This document shows positions 1-11,407 of a stretch of 64,000 nt of DNA, piece after piece. Under the pieces are notes generated by a model. The model searched no databases. It was not told the origin of the DNA and saw nothing but the letters and a program-made list of their open reading frames with translations. Position 1 is the stretch's first letter. The number at the start of each line of letters is the position of its first letter. Origin of the DNA: an uncultured Coriobacteriia bacterium (lineage in GTDB: Bacteria > Actinomycetota > Coriobacteriia > Anaerosomatales > PALSA-660); assembly GCA_963695385.1 (NCBI GenBank), contig OY968780.1:363339-427338 (forward strand), written 5' to 3'. Position numbers and translations under genes: made by a program.

Positions 1-140
1 GCGCGCGTGCGATCGATGGGCGATGGTTGGGAAGCGAGATACGCCTGTTCATCCTGCTCGCGCCTCCGGTCCGGTCGCCTGCTTCGCGCTGGATCGCATC
101 CCGATTCCGAGAATCACGCCCAGGCGTTCCCGCGCGGTTG

Positions 141-707
141 TCACATGACGTAGGGAAGCTTCGTGACCGTCGTCAGGTTCGCCAGAAGATAGAGCGTGTT
201 GGCGGCGTTGAAGACCGTCACCACCAGGATGAAGACGCGGTAGTAGGTCAGCATGCTGTTCTGCCGGCTCACGAAGGATCGGGGCAGGACTGCGGACTGC
301 GCACCGCGGAGTTGCGTGTTCAGACCGATGATGCGGACCAGGAAGAACATGTGAGCCGCGATGAGTGCGACGGTCGCCGTCAGCCACAGCGGGTTGAGCG
401 CGGCGGCCGCAGCGGTGTTTCGCATGATGGCGCTGCCCAGCAACGTGGTGACGGCTATGTAGGCCACCGGCAGGACCGCGCATCCGAAGGCGGCCGAGTC
501 GACGTCCAAGACCGCTCGCACGGCAGTCTGCGTGTCCGCCCTCTCGGGCTCCGACCCGACGCTGACACTTCCGCCCTGTGCGCCCGGCGGCTGGAGGCGC
601 TTGGCGAGCGAGGTGGTACGCGTGACCGAGTTCAGGTACTGCAGGCATGCGGCGGCGTATACGATCGAGAGGAGCAGGTACGCATAGACGTAGAGCCCAG
701 CGTCCAT
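141..707 (-). CDS. hypothetical integral membrane protein (about 4 hydrophobic helices)
   Basis: Complete 188-aa ORF with several long hydrophobic stretches. I recognise no family motif. Confidence 0.5.
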   Translation of the reverse strand: MDAGLYVYAYLLLSIVYAAACLQYLNSVTRTTSLAKRLQPPGAQGGSVSVGSEPERADTQTAVRAVLDVDSAAFGCAVLPVAYIAVTTLLGSAIMRNTAAAAALNPLWLTATVALIAAHMFFLVRIIGLNTQLRGAQSAVLPRSFVSRQNSMLTYYRVFILVVTVFNAANTLYLLANLTTVTKLPYVM

Positions 708-863
708 AGTCTCCCTCCCCTTCGCGAGCCGCGGCGCGATCCTGCGGCGATAGTGTAACGTACCCGTCGCGATGTCGGAACGCGACCGGGGCCGGGATCC
801 CCGGTCATGTGACCCTCGTCACGCGGCGGCCGAAGGCCGAGCCTTTTCTCGAGGAGCGTGAGT

Positions 864-1241
864 ATGGGCAGGGACATCATCCTGGTGGCGACGGGGGGCG
901 CGATGGGCGCCGTGGCGCGCTACGCCATCGGTGGGTTCCTCGGCGACCGAGGTGCGGCCGGTTTCCCTTGGCACACCATGGCGGTCAATATCTCCGGGGC
1001 GCTGCTCATCGGTATACTGATGGGCGCTTCCGTGGATCGCTCGCTCATCGGGCCGGACTGGCGGCTGTTCCTCGGGACCGGGCTCTTGGGCGGCTACACG
1101 ACCTTCTCCACGCTGGCCTACGAGACCACGAGGCTGATAGAGCAGGGTCTGCTGGGCCCGGCGGCCCTCAACATGTTCGGCACGGGCGTGGCGGGGATCA
1201 TCGCCGCCATCGTGGGCATGGCGCTGGGACGGCTGCTGTGA
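864..1241 (+). CDS. crcB: fluoride ion channel CrcB/FluC
   Basis: About 125 aa with four TM segments. Carries the VATGGAMGAVARY and GGYTTFST motifs typical of CrcB. ATG 864 sits 7 nt after GAGGAG; GTG 858 from the ORF track is too close to the RBS. Confidence 0.9.
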   Translation: MGRDIILVATGGAMGAVARYAIGGFLGDRGAAGFPWHTMAVNISGALLIGILMGASVDRSLIGPDWRLFLGTGLLGGYTTFSTLAYETTRLIEQGLLGPAALNMFGTGVAGIIAAIVGMALGRLL

Positions 1242-1324
1242 GAGGCGCGCACCCAGCGGCAGGGCAGGCCGGTTCGCTTGCACGGCGCGCGCGAGGCGCG
1301 CCAGGGACGGAATAGGAGACCGGA

Positions 1325-2056
1325 GTGCTGGATCTGTTCATGGAGCCCTCCAACTGGGCGGCGGTCGCGACGCTCACGCTGCTCGAGATCGTTCTGGGCA
1401 TCGACAACATCGTCTTCATAGCCATCCTGTCCGGGCGGCTCCCCAAGGACAGACAGCCCTTGGCCCAACGGCTCGGACTGGCCCTGGCGCTTGTGACCAG
1501 GCTCGTGCTTCTGTTCGCGATCTCATGGATCACCAGCCTGGAGCATCCGTTGGTGACGGTCGCGGGATTCGGCCTCAGCGGGCGGGCCATCATCCTCCTG
1601 GCCGGCGGCCTGTTCCTGATCGTGAAGTCGACACGGGAGATCTACGAGAAGACCGAGTTGGCCGGAGAAGAGGGCGGCCCGAAGGCTGGCCGGAGCACGC
1701 TTTCCGGCATCGTCGTGCAGATCGCCCTCATGGACGTCATATTCTCTCTGGACTCGATCGTCACGGCGGTCGGAATGGTGAACAAGCTGCCGCTCATGGT
1801 GACCGCGATCGTCCTGGCAATGATCGTGATGATCGTGTTCGCCAACCGCGTCAGCACGTTCATCAACGACCATCCGAGCCTCAAGATACTGGCGCTGTCC
1901 TTTCTCCTCCTCATCGGCGTGCTGCTAGTCGCCGAAGGCGCCGGAGTGGAGTTCCCCCGCGGATACGTCTACTTCGCCATGGCGTTCGCTTTGGGGGTCG
2001 ATCTCATCCAGATGCGCTCCGAGGCGAACGCGGTTCGAAGGCGTGCGGGGGGCTAG
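1325..2056 (+). CDS. TerC-family integral membrane protein
   Basis: Has the LLEIVLGIDNIVFIA and SLDSIVTAVGM repeated TerC signature. GTG start lies 6 nt after AGGAG. Confidence 0.85.
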   Translation: MLDLFMEPSNWAAVATLTLLEIVLGIDNIVFIAILSGRLPKDRQPLAQRLGLALALVTRLVLLFAISWITSLEHPLVTVAGFGLSGRAIILLAGGLFLIVKSTREIYEKTELAGEEGGPKAGRSTLSGIVVQIALMDVIFSLDSIVTAVGMVNKLPLMVTAIVLAMIVMIVFANRVSTFINDHPSLKILALSFLLLIGVLLVAEGAGVEFPRGYVYFAMAFALGVDLIQMRSEANAVRRRAGG

Positions 2057-2065
2057 AGCCAGTCG

Positions 2066-3031
2066 TCAGGCGCCGGGGGCCGCAGTGCCGGTGGGCACGA
2101 CGAAGGTGGCGGCCAACGGCAGCACGCGTGCCGAGAACGGGGTCGACGCTCCGAGGGTCTCGCCGTCGGCCTGCAGGGGCAGCGGCGGGGTGGACTCCAC
2201 CTGGATGCGCTTCGCGCGGTAGGTGTCGATGATCTCGCCGCGCTCCGGGAAGTCGACGATCCGGTCGAGCACGGCGGCAGCCACGGCAGGCAGCAGCTCG
2301 GCCATGAATCGCGCCCTGATCACCACGATCTCGAAAAGCCCGTCGGCGCCGTCGCTGTTGTGTGCGACCGACAGATCGAACTGGATCCTCGCGAAGTTCA
2401 CGAGCAGCACCGCGCTGCCCTCGGTCTCGATCTCACGGCCGTCGAGATCCATCCTGATCGAGGCCATCGTGGGCTGGATGATCTGTATGGCGGCGACCAG
2501 ATAGGCGCCGGCGCCTATCGTGTTCTTCAGCTCGCGAGCCCTCTTCATGATGTCCGCGTCGAAACCGGCGCCTGCGATGCCAGTGAATCCCATATGCACC
2601 TTGGGGCTCGTACGGGAATAGCGTCGGCGCTCGACCTGCACCGGTTCGCTCGAAGGCTCATAGTTCAGCTCGCCCAGGTCGGTGCGCAGGACGCGGCCCG
2701 TGAGCGTCGTTTCCGCGAGGCGTTTCGGGTCCGTCGGCATGCGCAGGTTCATCGCGATGAGATTGGCGGTGCCGGCGGGATAGGGGAGCAGAGGTATCCC
2801 TGTGTTGCGCAGGTGGTGAGCGGCGGCGGACACGGTGCCGTCTCCGCCCGCTGCGACGACGCGGTCGAAGGTCTCGGCATCGCGCAACGCCTGGGCGAGA
2901 TCGGCTCCCGAGGCCATGGGCCGCAGGGTGACCTCGGCGCCTGCGAGAGACAGTTCGCGCACGTAGTCGTACAGGCGCGAGTCGCCTTGGCCCGCCTTCA
3001 TGTTGTTGACCACGAGTATCTTCATCGACAT
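2066..3031 (-). CDS. diacylglycerol kinase-family lipid kinase (YegS/DagK-like)
   Basis: Contains MSMKILVVNNMKAGQG, AAGGDGTV and GTANLIA motifs. The ORF track extends to 3115, but the conserved N-terminus begins at ATG 3031. Confidence 0.8.
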   Translation of the reverse strand: MSMKILVVNNMKAGQGDSRLYDYVRELSLAGAEVTLRPMASGADLAQALRDAETFDRVVAAGGDGTVSAAAHHLRNTGIPLLPYPAGTANLIAMNLRMPTDPKRLAETTLTGRVLRTDLGELNYEPSSEPVQVERRRYSRTSPKVHMGFTGIAGAGFDADIMKRARELKNTIGAGAYLVAAIQIIQPTMASIRMDLDGREIETEGSAVLLVNFARIQFDLSVAHNSDGADGLFEIVVIRARFMAELLPAVAAAVLDRIVDFPERGEIIDTYRAKRIQVESTPPLPLQADGETLGASTPFSARVLPLAATFVVPTGTAAPGA

Positions 3032-3144
3032 GTGTCCGCCCGGCCGGGGTTCGTGCGCGTTTGATGTTAGACCACTCCGCGGGGATACTGGTACGGTTCC
3101 CTCAAGGCTAGTCACCGGCAGGACCGTGCAAAGAGGAGTCCGAT

Positions 3145-4290
3145 TTGTTCGCCAATGACCCCGAGACGCTCGCCGCGGTAGCCGCGGTGGCCCGAACCAA
3201 CGGGCTTCTGGCCATCGACACCGAGTTCATGCGCGAGAAGACCTACTACGCGAGGCTCTGCCTGATCCAGCTGGCGGCCGGGGACGAGGCATGGATCGTC
3301 GATCCGTTCGAGATCGCGGATCTTGGACCGCTTCGCGCCGTCATGTCCGACCCTGATGTCGTGAAGGTCCTTCACGCCGGATCCCAGGACCTGGAGATAC
3401 TGACTCGGATCCTCGACGCCCCTCCCAAGCCCGTGTTCGACACCCAGGTGGCCGCCACGCTTGCCGGATTCCCCACACAGGTCGGGTACGCGCGCCTCGT
3501 CAAGGAGATGTTCGACGTCGATGTGGACAAGTCGGACACATACTCCGACTGGGCCCGGCGTCCGCTCACGTCGGTGCAGATCGAATATGGACTCGCCGAT
3601 GTGCGCTTCCTGCCGAAGATGTACCTGCAGCTCAAGGAGCGACTCGAGCGGGAGGGGCGCCTCGCGTGGCTGGACGGCGACTTCGAGCGCATGGCCGACC
3701 CGGCGACCTACGAGGTCGTGCCCGAGGAGCAGTTCCGCCGGATAAAGCGCGCGTCATCCCTGGGCCGCCGCCAGCTGGCCGTCCTGCAGCAGGTGGCGGC
3801 ATGGCGCGAGCGCGAAGCCCAGCGCCGGGACCTTCCCAAGCGATGGGTGGTCTCCGACGAGACGCTGGTGGAGGTCGCGCGACGCCATCCGAAGGACGCC
3901 TCGGCCCTCGGAGAGCTGCGCGGGCTCAACCCGCGCTCGCTCGGAGACGGCGGCGCCGGTCTGCTCGAGGCGGTGCGGCGCGGGCTCTCCACGCCGGAGG
4001 ACTCGCTTCCGCGGCTGACCATGCGCCCGCGCACCAGGATCGACGTGGAGGGCATCGTCGAGTTGATGAACGCGCTGGTGCGCGTGAAGGCCTCCGAGCA
4101 CGGAGTCGCGGCGGCGCTGCTCGCGAGCCGCTCGGAGCTAGAGCGGCTCGCCGGCGGAGAGAGGGACGAGAGCCCCCTGCTCCAGGGCTGGCGGCGTTCG
4201 CTGGTCGGGGAGGATCTCGTCGAATTGGCCGAGGGGCGCCTGTCGTTGCGCGTGGCCGAGGGCAAGGTCGTGCCCGAGAGCATCGCGTGA
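3145..4290 (+). CDS. rnd: ribonuclease D (DEDD 3'-5' exonuclease plus HRDC domain)
   Basis: Contains the LAIDTEF, HAGSQDLE and YGLADV exonuclease motifs, plus an HRDC-like region (LAVLQQVAAWREREAQRRDLP). TTG start lies 6 nt after AAGAGGAG. Confidence 0.85.
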   Translation: MFANDPETLAAVAAVARTNGLLAIDTEFMREKTYYARLCLIQLAAGDEAWIVDPFEIADLGPLRAVMSDPDVVKVLHAGSQDLEILTRILDAPPKPVFDTQVAATLAGFPTQVGYARLVKEMFDVDVDKSDTYSDWARRPLTSVQIEYGLADVRFLPKMYLQLKERLEREGRLAWLDGDFERMADPATYEVVPEEQFRRIKRASSLGRRQLAVLQQVAAWREREAQRRDLPKRWVVSDETLVEVARRHPKDASALGELRGLNPRSLGDGGAGLLEAVRRGLSTPEDSLPRLTMRPRTRIDVEGIVELMNALVRVKASEHGVAAALLASRSELERLAGGERDESPLLQGWRRSLVGEDLVELAEGRLSLRVAEGKVVPESIA

Positions 4291-4362
4291 CCCCCAGGGT
4301 AAGGCCGCGGTCGTGAAGGCGTAAGGCCGCTCGTTCACCATGACCCAGTCGGGATCGGGGGA

Positions 4363-5610
4363 ATGAGCATGGTGCAGTGCGCGACGGTGTCCCGGCCCTC
4401 GCCCGAGCAGGTCCTCGCGGAGGTGTTCGGGCACACGGCGTTCAGACCCGGCCAGCGCGAGGTGATCGAAGCCGTCCTGTCGCGCAGGGATTGTCTGGCC
4501 ATCATGCCGACCGGCGCAGGCAAGTCGGTGACGTTCCAGCTTCCGGCGCGAATCGCCGCGATGACCGTGCTGGTCGTGTCGCCGTTGATCGCGCTGATGC
4601 GGGACCAGGTCGCTGGAGCGGTGCGGCGGGGGCTGTCGGCGACGTGGATCGACTCCACCCTCACGCCCGGCGAGCGCGAGACGCGTCTCGACGGTGTCCG
4701 GCGCGGTTCGTGGGAACTCGTCTACGTCTCGCCTGAAGGGCTCGAAGGCGTGCTAGAGCCCCTGACGGGCGCGGTGGGCCTTCTCGCTGTCGACGAGGCC
4801 CACTGCATATCGCAGTGGGGGCATGAGTTCCGGCCCGCCTACCGCCGCATCGGCGAGGCGCGCGTCCGACTGGGGGATGTGCCGGTCCTGGCGGTGACGG
4901 CGACCGCCACACCCCGCGTCGCAGACGACATACGCGACTCCTTGGGCCTGCGCGACCCGTACCTCTGGCGCGGAGGATTCTTCCGGCCGAACCTGCTGCT
5001 GGCAACTCGTGCCAAGGATCGTCTCACCGACGCGCGCCGGACGGTGATGGCCGCCGTGAGGGCTCACGAGGGCGATTCCGGCATCGTCTACTGCCTCTCC
5101 CGGCGCGATGCGGGCGCGCTGGCGACCTACCTGCGTGCGCATGGTTCCACCGCCGCGCCGTACCACGCGGGCATGGACCCGGTCGCGCGCCAGGAGGTGC
5201 AGGCGGCGTTCGCCGAGGGCGCCGTGAGAACCGTCGTGGCCACGATCGCCTTCGGCATGGGGATCGACAAGGCCGACGTCCGCTATGTGGTGCATTCCGA
5301 CCTGCCGGGCAGCATCGAGGCGTACGCCCAGGAGATCGGTCGCGGGGGAAGGGATGGCGCCGCCTCGGATTGCCTGCTGCTGTACTCGTGGGCCGACGTT
5401 CGCCGCCGATGGCGCATGGCGCAGGGTTCGTCGCCGCAGGTGCGCGAGGATGCGCGGATGCGGCTTCACGAGATGTATCGTCTGGCGGCCGGCGCGGACT
5501 GCCGGCACATGGTGCTGTGCGGGCACTTCGGAGAGGACACGGCGGCCTGCCGGACGTCGTGCGACGCGTGCGGCGGGCGCTCGGCGCTGACGATGACGGG
5601 CGGTCTCTGA
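4363..5610 (+). CDS. recQ: RecQ-family ATP-dependent DNA helicase, short form (helicase core plus Zn-binding Cys cluster only)
   Basis: Contains FRPGQREVI, MPTGAGKS and DEAHCISQWGHEFRPAY, followed by a C-terminal Cys cluster. At 415 aa there is no room for RQC-WH or HRDC domains. Confidence 0.85.
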   Translation: MSMVQCATVSRPSPEQVLAEVFGHTAFRPGQREVIEAVLSRRDCLAIMPTGAGKSVTFQLPARIAAMTVLVVSPLIALMRDQVAGAVRRGLSATWIDSTLTPGERETRLDGVRRGSWELVYVSPEGLEGVLEPLTGAVGLLAVDEAHCISQWGHEFRPAYRRIGEARVRLGDVPVLAVTATATPRVADDIRDSLGLRDPYLWRGGFFRPNLLLATRAKDRLTDARRTVMAAVRAHEGDSGIVYCLSRRDAGALATYLRAHGSTAAPYHAGMDPVARQEVQAAFAEGAVRTVVATIAFGMGIDKADVRYVVHSDLPGSIEAYAQEIGRGGRDGAASDCLLLYSWADVRRRWRMAQGSSPQVREDARMRLHEMYRLAAGADCRHMVLCGHFGEDTAACRTSCDACGGRSALTMTGGL

Positions 5611-5688
5611 GCGAACGCACGACGGAGCCGAGTCGCCTCGCTGGGCGGCTGGTAAGATGGGCGCACCGAGACCAGGAAGGATGGCCGC

Positions 5689-6966
5689 ATGGCCGACGAA
5701 CCGCGCGCGCTGACAGTCTCCGAAGCCATGATCATGGCGAAACGGCTGCTCGAGACGCTCGCGCTTCGAGTCGTTGGCGAGGTCTCGGAGGTCACGGACC
5801 GGCCGGGATACAAAGCCGTCTACTTCACTCTGGGTGACGGGTCCTCGGTCATGCCGTGTCTCGCGTGGCGCGACGTCTTTGACGCGTGCGCCATCACCCT
5901 GCGCCCCGGCATGCTGGTCGAGGTCACCGGCGGCATGACGGCCTACCCTCCCAAGGGCCGCATGCAGTTCCAGGTGCGCACGATCGCCGAGGCGGGCGAG
6001 GGGTTCCTGAGGCTCAAGGTGGCGGCGCTTGCGCGCAAGCTGGAGTCGGAAGGGTTCATGCGCGCGGATCGCAAGCGGGACCTGCTTACCTATCCCGAGA
6101 GGATCGGTCTGGTCACTTCGCCCCGGGGCAAGGCGGTTCACGACGTCATCCGCTGCCTCCGAAGACGATACCCGGCCGCGGAGCTCTTCATCGCGGGCGT
6201 GGCGGTCGAGGGAGCGGATGCGTGCGCGAGCATCGTGGAGGGCCTGCGGGCCATCGGGGAGTCGGGGGTCGACGTCGTGATCCTCGCGCGCGGAGGCGGC
6301 TCCTACGAGGACCTGATGCCGTTCAACGACGAGAGCGTCGCTCGCGCCGTGGTTGCCTGTCCGGTGCCTGTAGTCACAGGGATCGGGCACGAGCCCGACA
6401 CGACGATCGCCGACATGGTCGCAGACCTTCGTGCATCGACTCCGACCGCGGCGGCCGAGGCCGTCGCCCCCTCGACCGCCGAGGTGTCCGTCCGCTTCTC
6501 AGCCGCCGGCGGCCTGCTGGCTCGAGGCTTGCGCCACGCGGCCCAGCGCGCCGCGCACCGCCTGGCCTCCGTGGCCGGGCGCGCGGTCGTCAGTGACCCG
6601 AGGCTGCTGCTCGCTCTTCCCGCGCAGCGCCTGGACCTGACCAGCGGCGCTCTGGCCCGCGCGATGCCGGCTCGGATCGAGCTGGACAGGGACATGCTCT
6701 CGCGTCTGGCGGCCGACCTGCCACGTGCCTCCGACGTCTCGATCGGCCGCCAGCGCGAGCGTCTGGGGCTGATGGCCGCGAGGGTCGAGGACCTCTCTCC
6801 GCTGGGTATCCTCGCTCGCGGGTACGCCGTATGCTATGACGCGTCCGGGCGGGTCCTGCGCTCTGCCCTGGGTGTCGTGCCGGGACAACGCCTGCGCGTC
6901 AGACTGCATGAGGGCGCGCTCGGATGCCTCGTGGAAGGCGTCGACATGGAGGAGAGCGATGACTGA
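5689..6966 (+). CDS. xseA: exodeoxyribonuclease VII large subunit
   Basis: OB-fold N-terminus, then the IGLVTSPRGKAVHD, ARGGGS.EDL and TGIGHEPD motifs. Confidence 0.9.
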   Translation: MADEPRALTVSEAMIMAKRLLETLALRVVGEVSEVTDRPGYKAVYFTLGDGSSVMPCLAWRDVFDACAITLRPGMLVEVTGGMTAYPPKGRMQFQVRTIAEAGEGFLRLKVAALARKLESEGFMRADRKRDLLTYPERIGLVTSPRGKAVHDVIRCLRRRYPAAELFIAGVAVEGADACASIVEGLRAIGESGVDVVILARGGGSYEDLMPFNDESVARAVVACPVPVVTGIGHEPDTTIADMVADLRASTPTAAAEAVAPSTAEVSVRFSAAGGLLARGLRHAAQRAAHRLASVAGRAVVSDPRLLLALPAQRLDLTSGALARAMPARIELDRDMLSRLAADLPRASDVSIGRQRERLGLMAARVEDLSPLGILARGYAVCYDASGRVLRSALGVVPGQRLRVRLHEGALGCLVEGVDMEESDD

Positions 6967-7201
6967 CGACGCGCGTCCGGTCGAGGAGCTGCGCTTCTCC
7001 GAGGCGCTGGCGGAACTCGAGGACATCGTGGCCGGTCTCGAGAGCGGTCAGCTCGATCTCGAGGACAGCCTTCTGCGCTACGAGCGCGGCGTCTCGCTGC
7101 TAAGAGCGTGCCAGCGCAAGTTGGCCGAGGCCGAGCAGCGAGTGACCATGCTGATGGGGGAGCTCGAGACTGGCGGGAACGAGGACGGGCCCGCGTCCTG
7201 A
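6959..7201 (+). CDS. xseB: exodeoxyribonuclease VII small subunit
   Basis: ATG 6959 overlaps the xseA stop. The FSEALAELEDIV..LE.G.L.LE.S...YE.G sequence is typical of XseB. The ORF track start at 6836 is an out-of-context extension. Confidence 0.85.
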   Translation: MTDDARPVEELRFSEALAELEDIVAGLESGQLDLEDSLLRYERGVSLLRACQRKLAEAEQRVTMLMGELETGGNEDGPAS

Positions 7202-7243
7202 AGACGGGCGCCGGCCGCGCCGGAAGAACGGAGAGCGAGCATC

Positions 7244-7591
7244 TTGGAAGGCTGCATCTTCTGCATGATCGCCCGGCACGAGATCGATGCCAACGTGGTC
7301 TACGAGGACGACGAAGTGATGGCCTTCGACGACACTTCGCCGCAGGCTCCGGTCCACACGCTGGTCATCCCGAAGACCCACTACGCCAGCATGGACGACA
7401 ACGTCCCTCCCGAGGTGATGGCTGCCCTGTTCTCGGCCGTGCCGAAGGTCGCCTCGATCAAGGGGCTCACCGAAAGCGGCTATCGCGCGGTCGTCAACAA
7501 CGGCCCGGACGCGCGCCAGAGCGTTGCTCACCTGCACGTCCATGTCCTCGGCGGCGCGCCGATGTCACACGGCATGGCGCGATTCGAGTAG
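7244..7591 (+). CDS. HIT-family (histidine triad) nucleotide hydrolase
   Basis: CIFC N-terminus and the HLHVHVLGG histidine triad. TTG start lies after GGAGAG. Confidence 0.85.
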   Translation: MEGCIFCMIARHEIDANVVYEDDEVMAFDDTSPQAPVHTLVIPKTHYASMDDNVPPEVMAALFSAVPKVASIKGLTESGYRAVVNNGPDARQSVAHLHVHVLGGAPMSHGMARFE

Positions 7592-7660
7592 CGGGGAAAC
7601 GCGAACGCCGGGCGATCCCGTCCCGGCCGTCGGCGTGTGGAAAGGGTCCGGACGTGGGAC

Positions 7661-7684
7661 GAGCCCGGCCTTCGGGCCGAGCTC
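7661..7684 (+). terminator. candidate intrinsic terminator after the HIT gene
   Basis: A 10-bp stem with one mismatch (GAGCCCGGCC-TTCG-GGCCGAGCTC), followed by a T-rich stretch (gccttattccttccc). Confidence 0.4.
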
Positions 7685-8135
7685 GCCTTATTCCTTCCCT
7701 TATAGCCCCTGAGTCTCATCTGAGCCGCATAAGCGGCCCCGCCTGACGCTGCGTCGCAAATAGGAGTGCCGGCTCCCGCGCCTGCCGCGCCTGGTCTACC
7801 ACCTCCGATAACATCGAAGGTGAACGCAAGGGAAGGGAATCTGATCGAAGCTGTCAACGTGTCGACAATAGCCTACGTACCCATGCTCCGCAACGGCCAC
7901 ACGCATGCGGTCCGGCGAGCGGCATGTTCGCCGATGACGGCGACCGGGCGATACCGCGTACCGACGAAAGGAGCCGTCCACCTTCTGCGCTCCGTGTCGA
8001 ACCATGTCGCGCGTCGATACTGTTGTCCCATCGCCGTGCCGTGGACGAGTGCCGAAGGGGTACGTATGCATAAGCCGCGCCGTTGCGCGTCGAGGCCGGC
8101 GGGGGATAGACGGCCGGGAAACCAGGGAGGCGACC

Positions 8136-10118
<1,983 letters not shown>

Positions 10119-10355
10119 AGACCGGCGGGACCTTCCCGCACCCGGGACGAACGTGGAGTCCTGAGGGCGATGGAAGCCGGAAGTCGCCGCGGCATTGCGA
10201 CCCTCGCGACGGCCGAAACCTGTCTCCCGGGACCTTCTGATAGACTGTCGGGCGCGAGGAGCTGCCGCTCCAGACGGCGCCGCGGACTGCCGTCGGCGCC
10301 CCGCACGCACCGCCGCCACGTTCCCAGCATCGCATTCGAAGGGACCCTGCCGCAG

Positions 10356-11405
10356 ATGGCTTTCAACGACACGTTTCTGCGCGCCTGCAGGCGCGAGCCG
10401 ACCGAGAACACGCCGGTCTGGATGATGCGCCAAGCGGGGCGCTACCTGCCCGAGTACCGCGCCATCCGCGAGAAGCACGACTTCCTGGAGATGTGCAAGA
10501 CGCCCGAACTCGCGGCCGCGGTGACGCTGCAGCCCGTCGACCTCGTGGGTGTGGACGCCGCCATCCTGTTCGCCGACATCCTCCTTCCGCTGGAGGGCAT
10601 GGGTCTTGAGCTCGCGTTCGCCAAGGGCGGCGGGCCCGTCATCGGCAATCCCATCCGCACGGTGGCCGACGTCGGCAAGCTGCGCGTATCCGACCCGCTG
10701 GCTGACACCGGCTATGTCATGGACGCCATAAGGCTGCTCCGCCGGGAACTCGAGGGCAGGGTGCCGCTCATCGGCTTCGCGGGCGCGCCGTTCACGCTCG
10801 CCTCGTACATGATCGAGGGGGGTTCGACGCGCGACTACATCGAGTGCAAGAAGCTCATGTGGTCGGAGCCGGAGGCTTGGGACTCGCTCATGCGCGTCAC
10901 CACCGATACCGTCATCGCGTATCTGAAGGCGCAGGTCGAAGCCGGCGCGCAGGCTGTGCAGGTGTTCGATTCGTGGGTCGGGTTCGTATCTCCGGCCGAC
11001 TACCGCCGCTCGATCCTCCCGCACACCAAGCGTCTGATCGAGGAGGTCTCCACCACCGGTGTGCCCGTGATCAACTTCGCGAACAACGCCTCGGGCATGC
11101 TCGAAGACGTCGCGTCCGCCGGGGGGGACGTCATCGGCTTGGACTGGCGAATAGACATCGACGTGGCGATCGAGCGGCTTGGTGACGGCTTCGCGGTGCA
11201 GGGCAACCTCGATCCGACGTCTCTGTTCGCGCCCCCCGAGACCATCGAGAGACTCGCGGTGGACATCCTGGAGCGGGTCGGGACGCGGCCTGGGCACATA
11301 TTCAACCTGGGGCACGGCATCCACAAGGAGACGAAGCCCGCTCACGCACGCGCGCTTATAGACGCCGTGCACAGTCACTCCGCGCGCATCAGGTCGGCGA
11401 AGTAG
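10356..11405 (+). CDS. hemE: uroporphyrinogen decarboxylase
   Basis: PVWMMRQAGRYLPEYR N-terminal signature. The conserved start is ATG 10356, not ORF-track 10170. Confidence 0.9.
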   Translation: MAFNDTFLRACRREPTENTPVWMMRQAGRYLPEYRAIREKHDFLEMCKTPELAAAVTLQPVDLVGVDAAILFADILLPLEGMGLELAFAKGGGPVIGNPIRTVADVGKLRVSDPLADTGYVMDAIRLLRRELEGRVPLIGFAGAPFTLASYMIEGGSTRDYIECKKLMWSEPEAWDSLMRVTTDTVIAYLKAQVEAGAQAVQVFDSWVGFVSPADYRRSILPHTKRLIEEVSTTGVPVINFANNASGMLEDVASAGGDVIGLDWRIDIDVAIERLGDGFAVQGNLDPTSLFAPPETIERLAVDILERVGTRPGHIFNLGHGIHKETKPAHARALIDAVHSHSARIRSAK

Positions 11406-11407
11406 GC

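Noticed and set aside
1-140. A possible minus-strand gene start (ATG near position 53, MNRRISLPNHRPSIARA...) that runs off the left edge.
   Set aside because: Only about 17 codons are visible. There is no recognisable motif, so it is too little to call.
740-863. Possible fluoride (crcB-motif) riboswitch in the crcB leader. The candidate elements are GGCGAUAGUGU / GUCGCGAUGUCGGAACGCGAC and an 8-bp hairpin, GACCGGGG-CCGGGAU-CCCCGGUC.
   Set aside because: I could fold a P1-like and a P3-like hairpin. I could not find the conserved 3' CUGAUG...CCUAC segment, or a pseudoknot complement to the P1 loop. The identification is therefore unsupported without a covariance-model scan (Rfam RF01734).
1242-1324. 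Possible yybP-ykoY (Mn2+) riboswitch upstream of the TerC-family gene.
   Set aside because: Only 83 nt separate the crcB stop from the terC start. That is too short for the four-helix element, and I saw no matching conserved loops.
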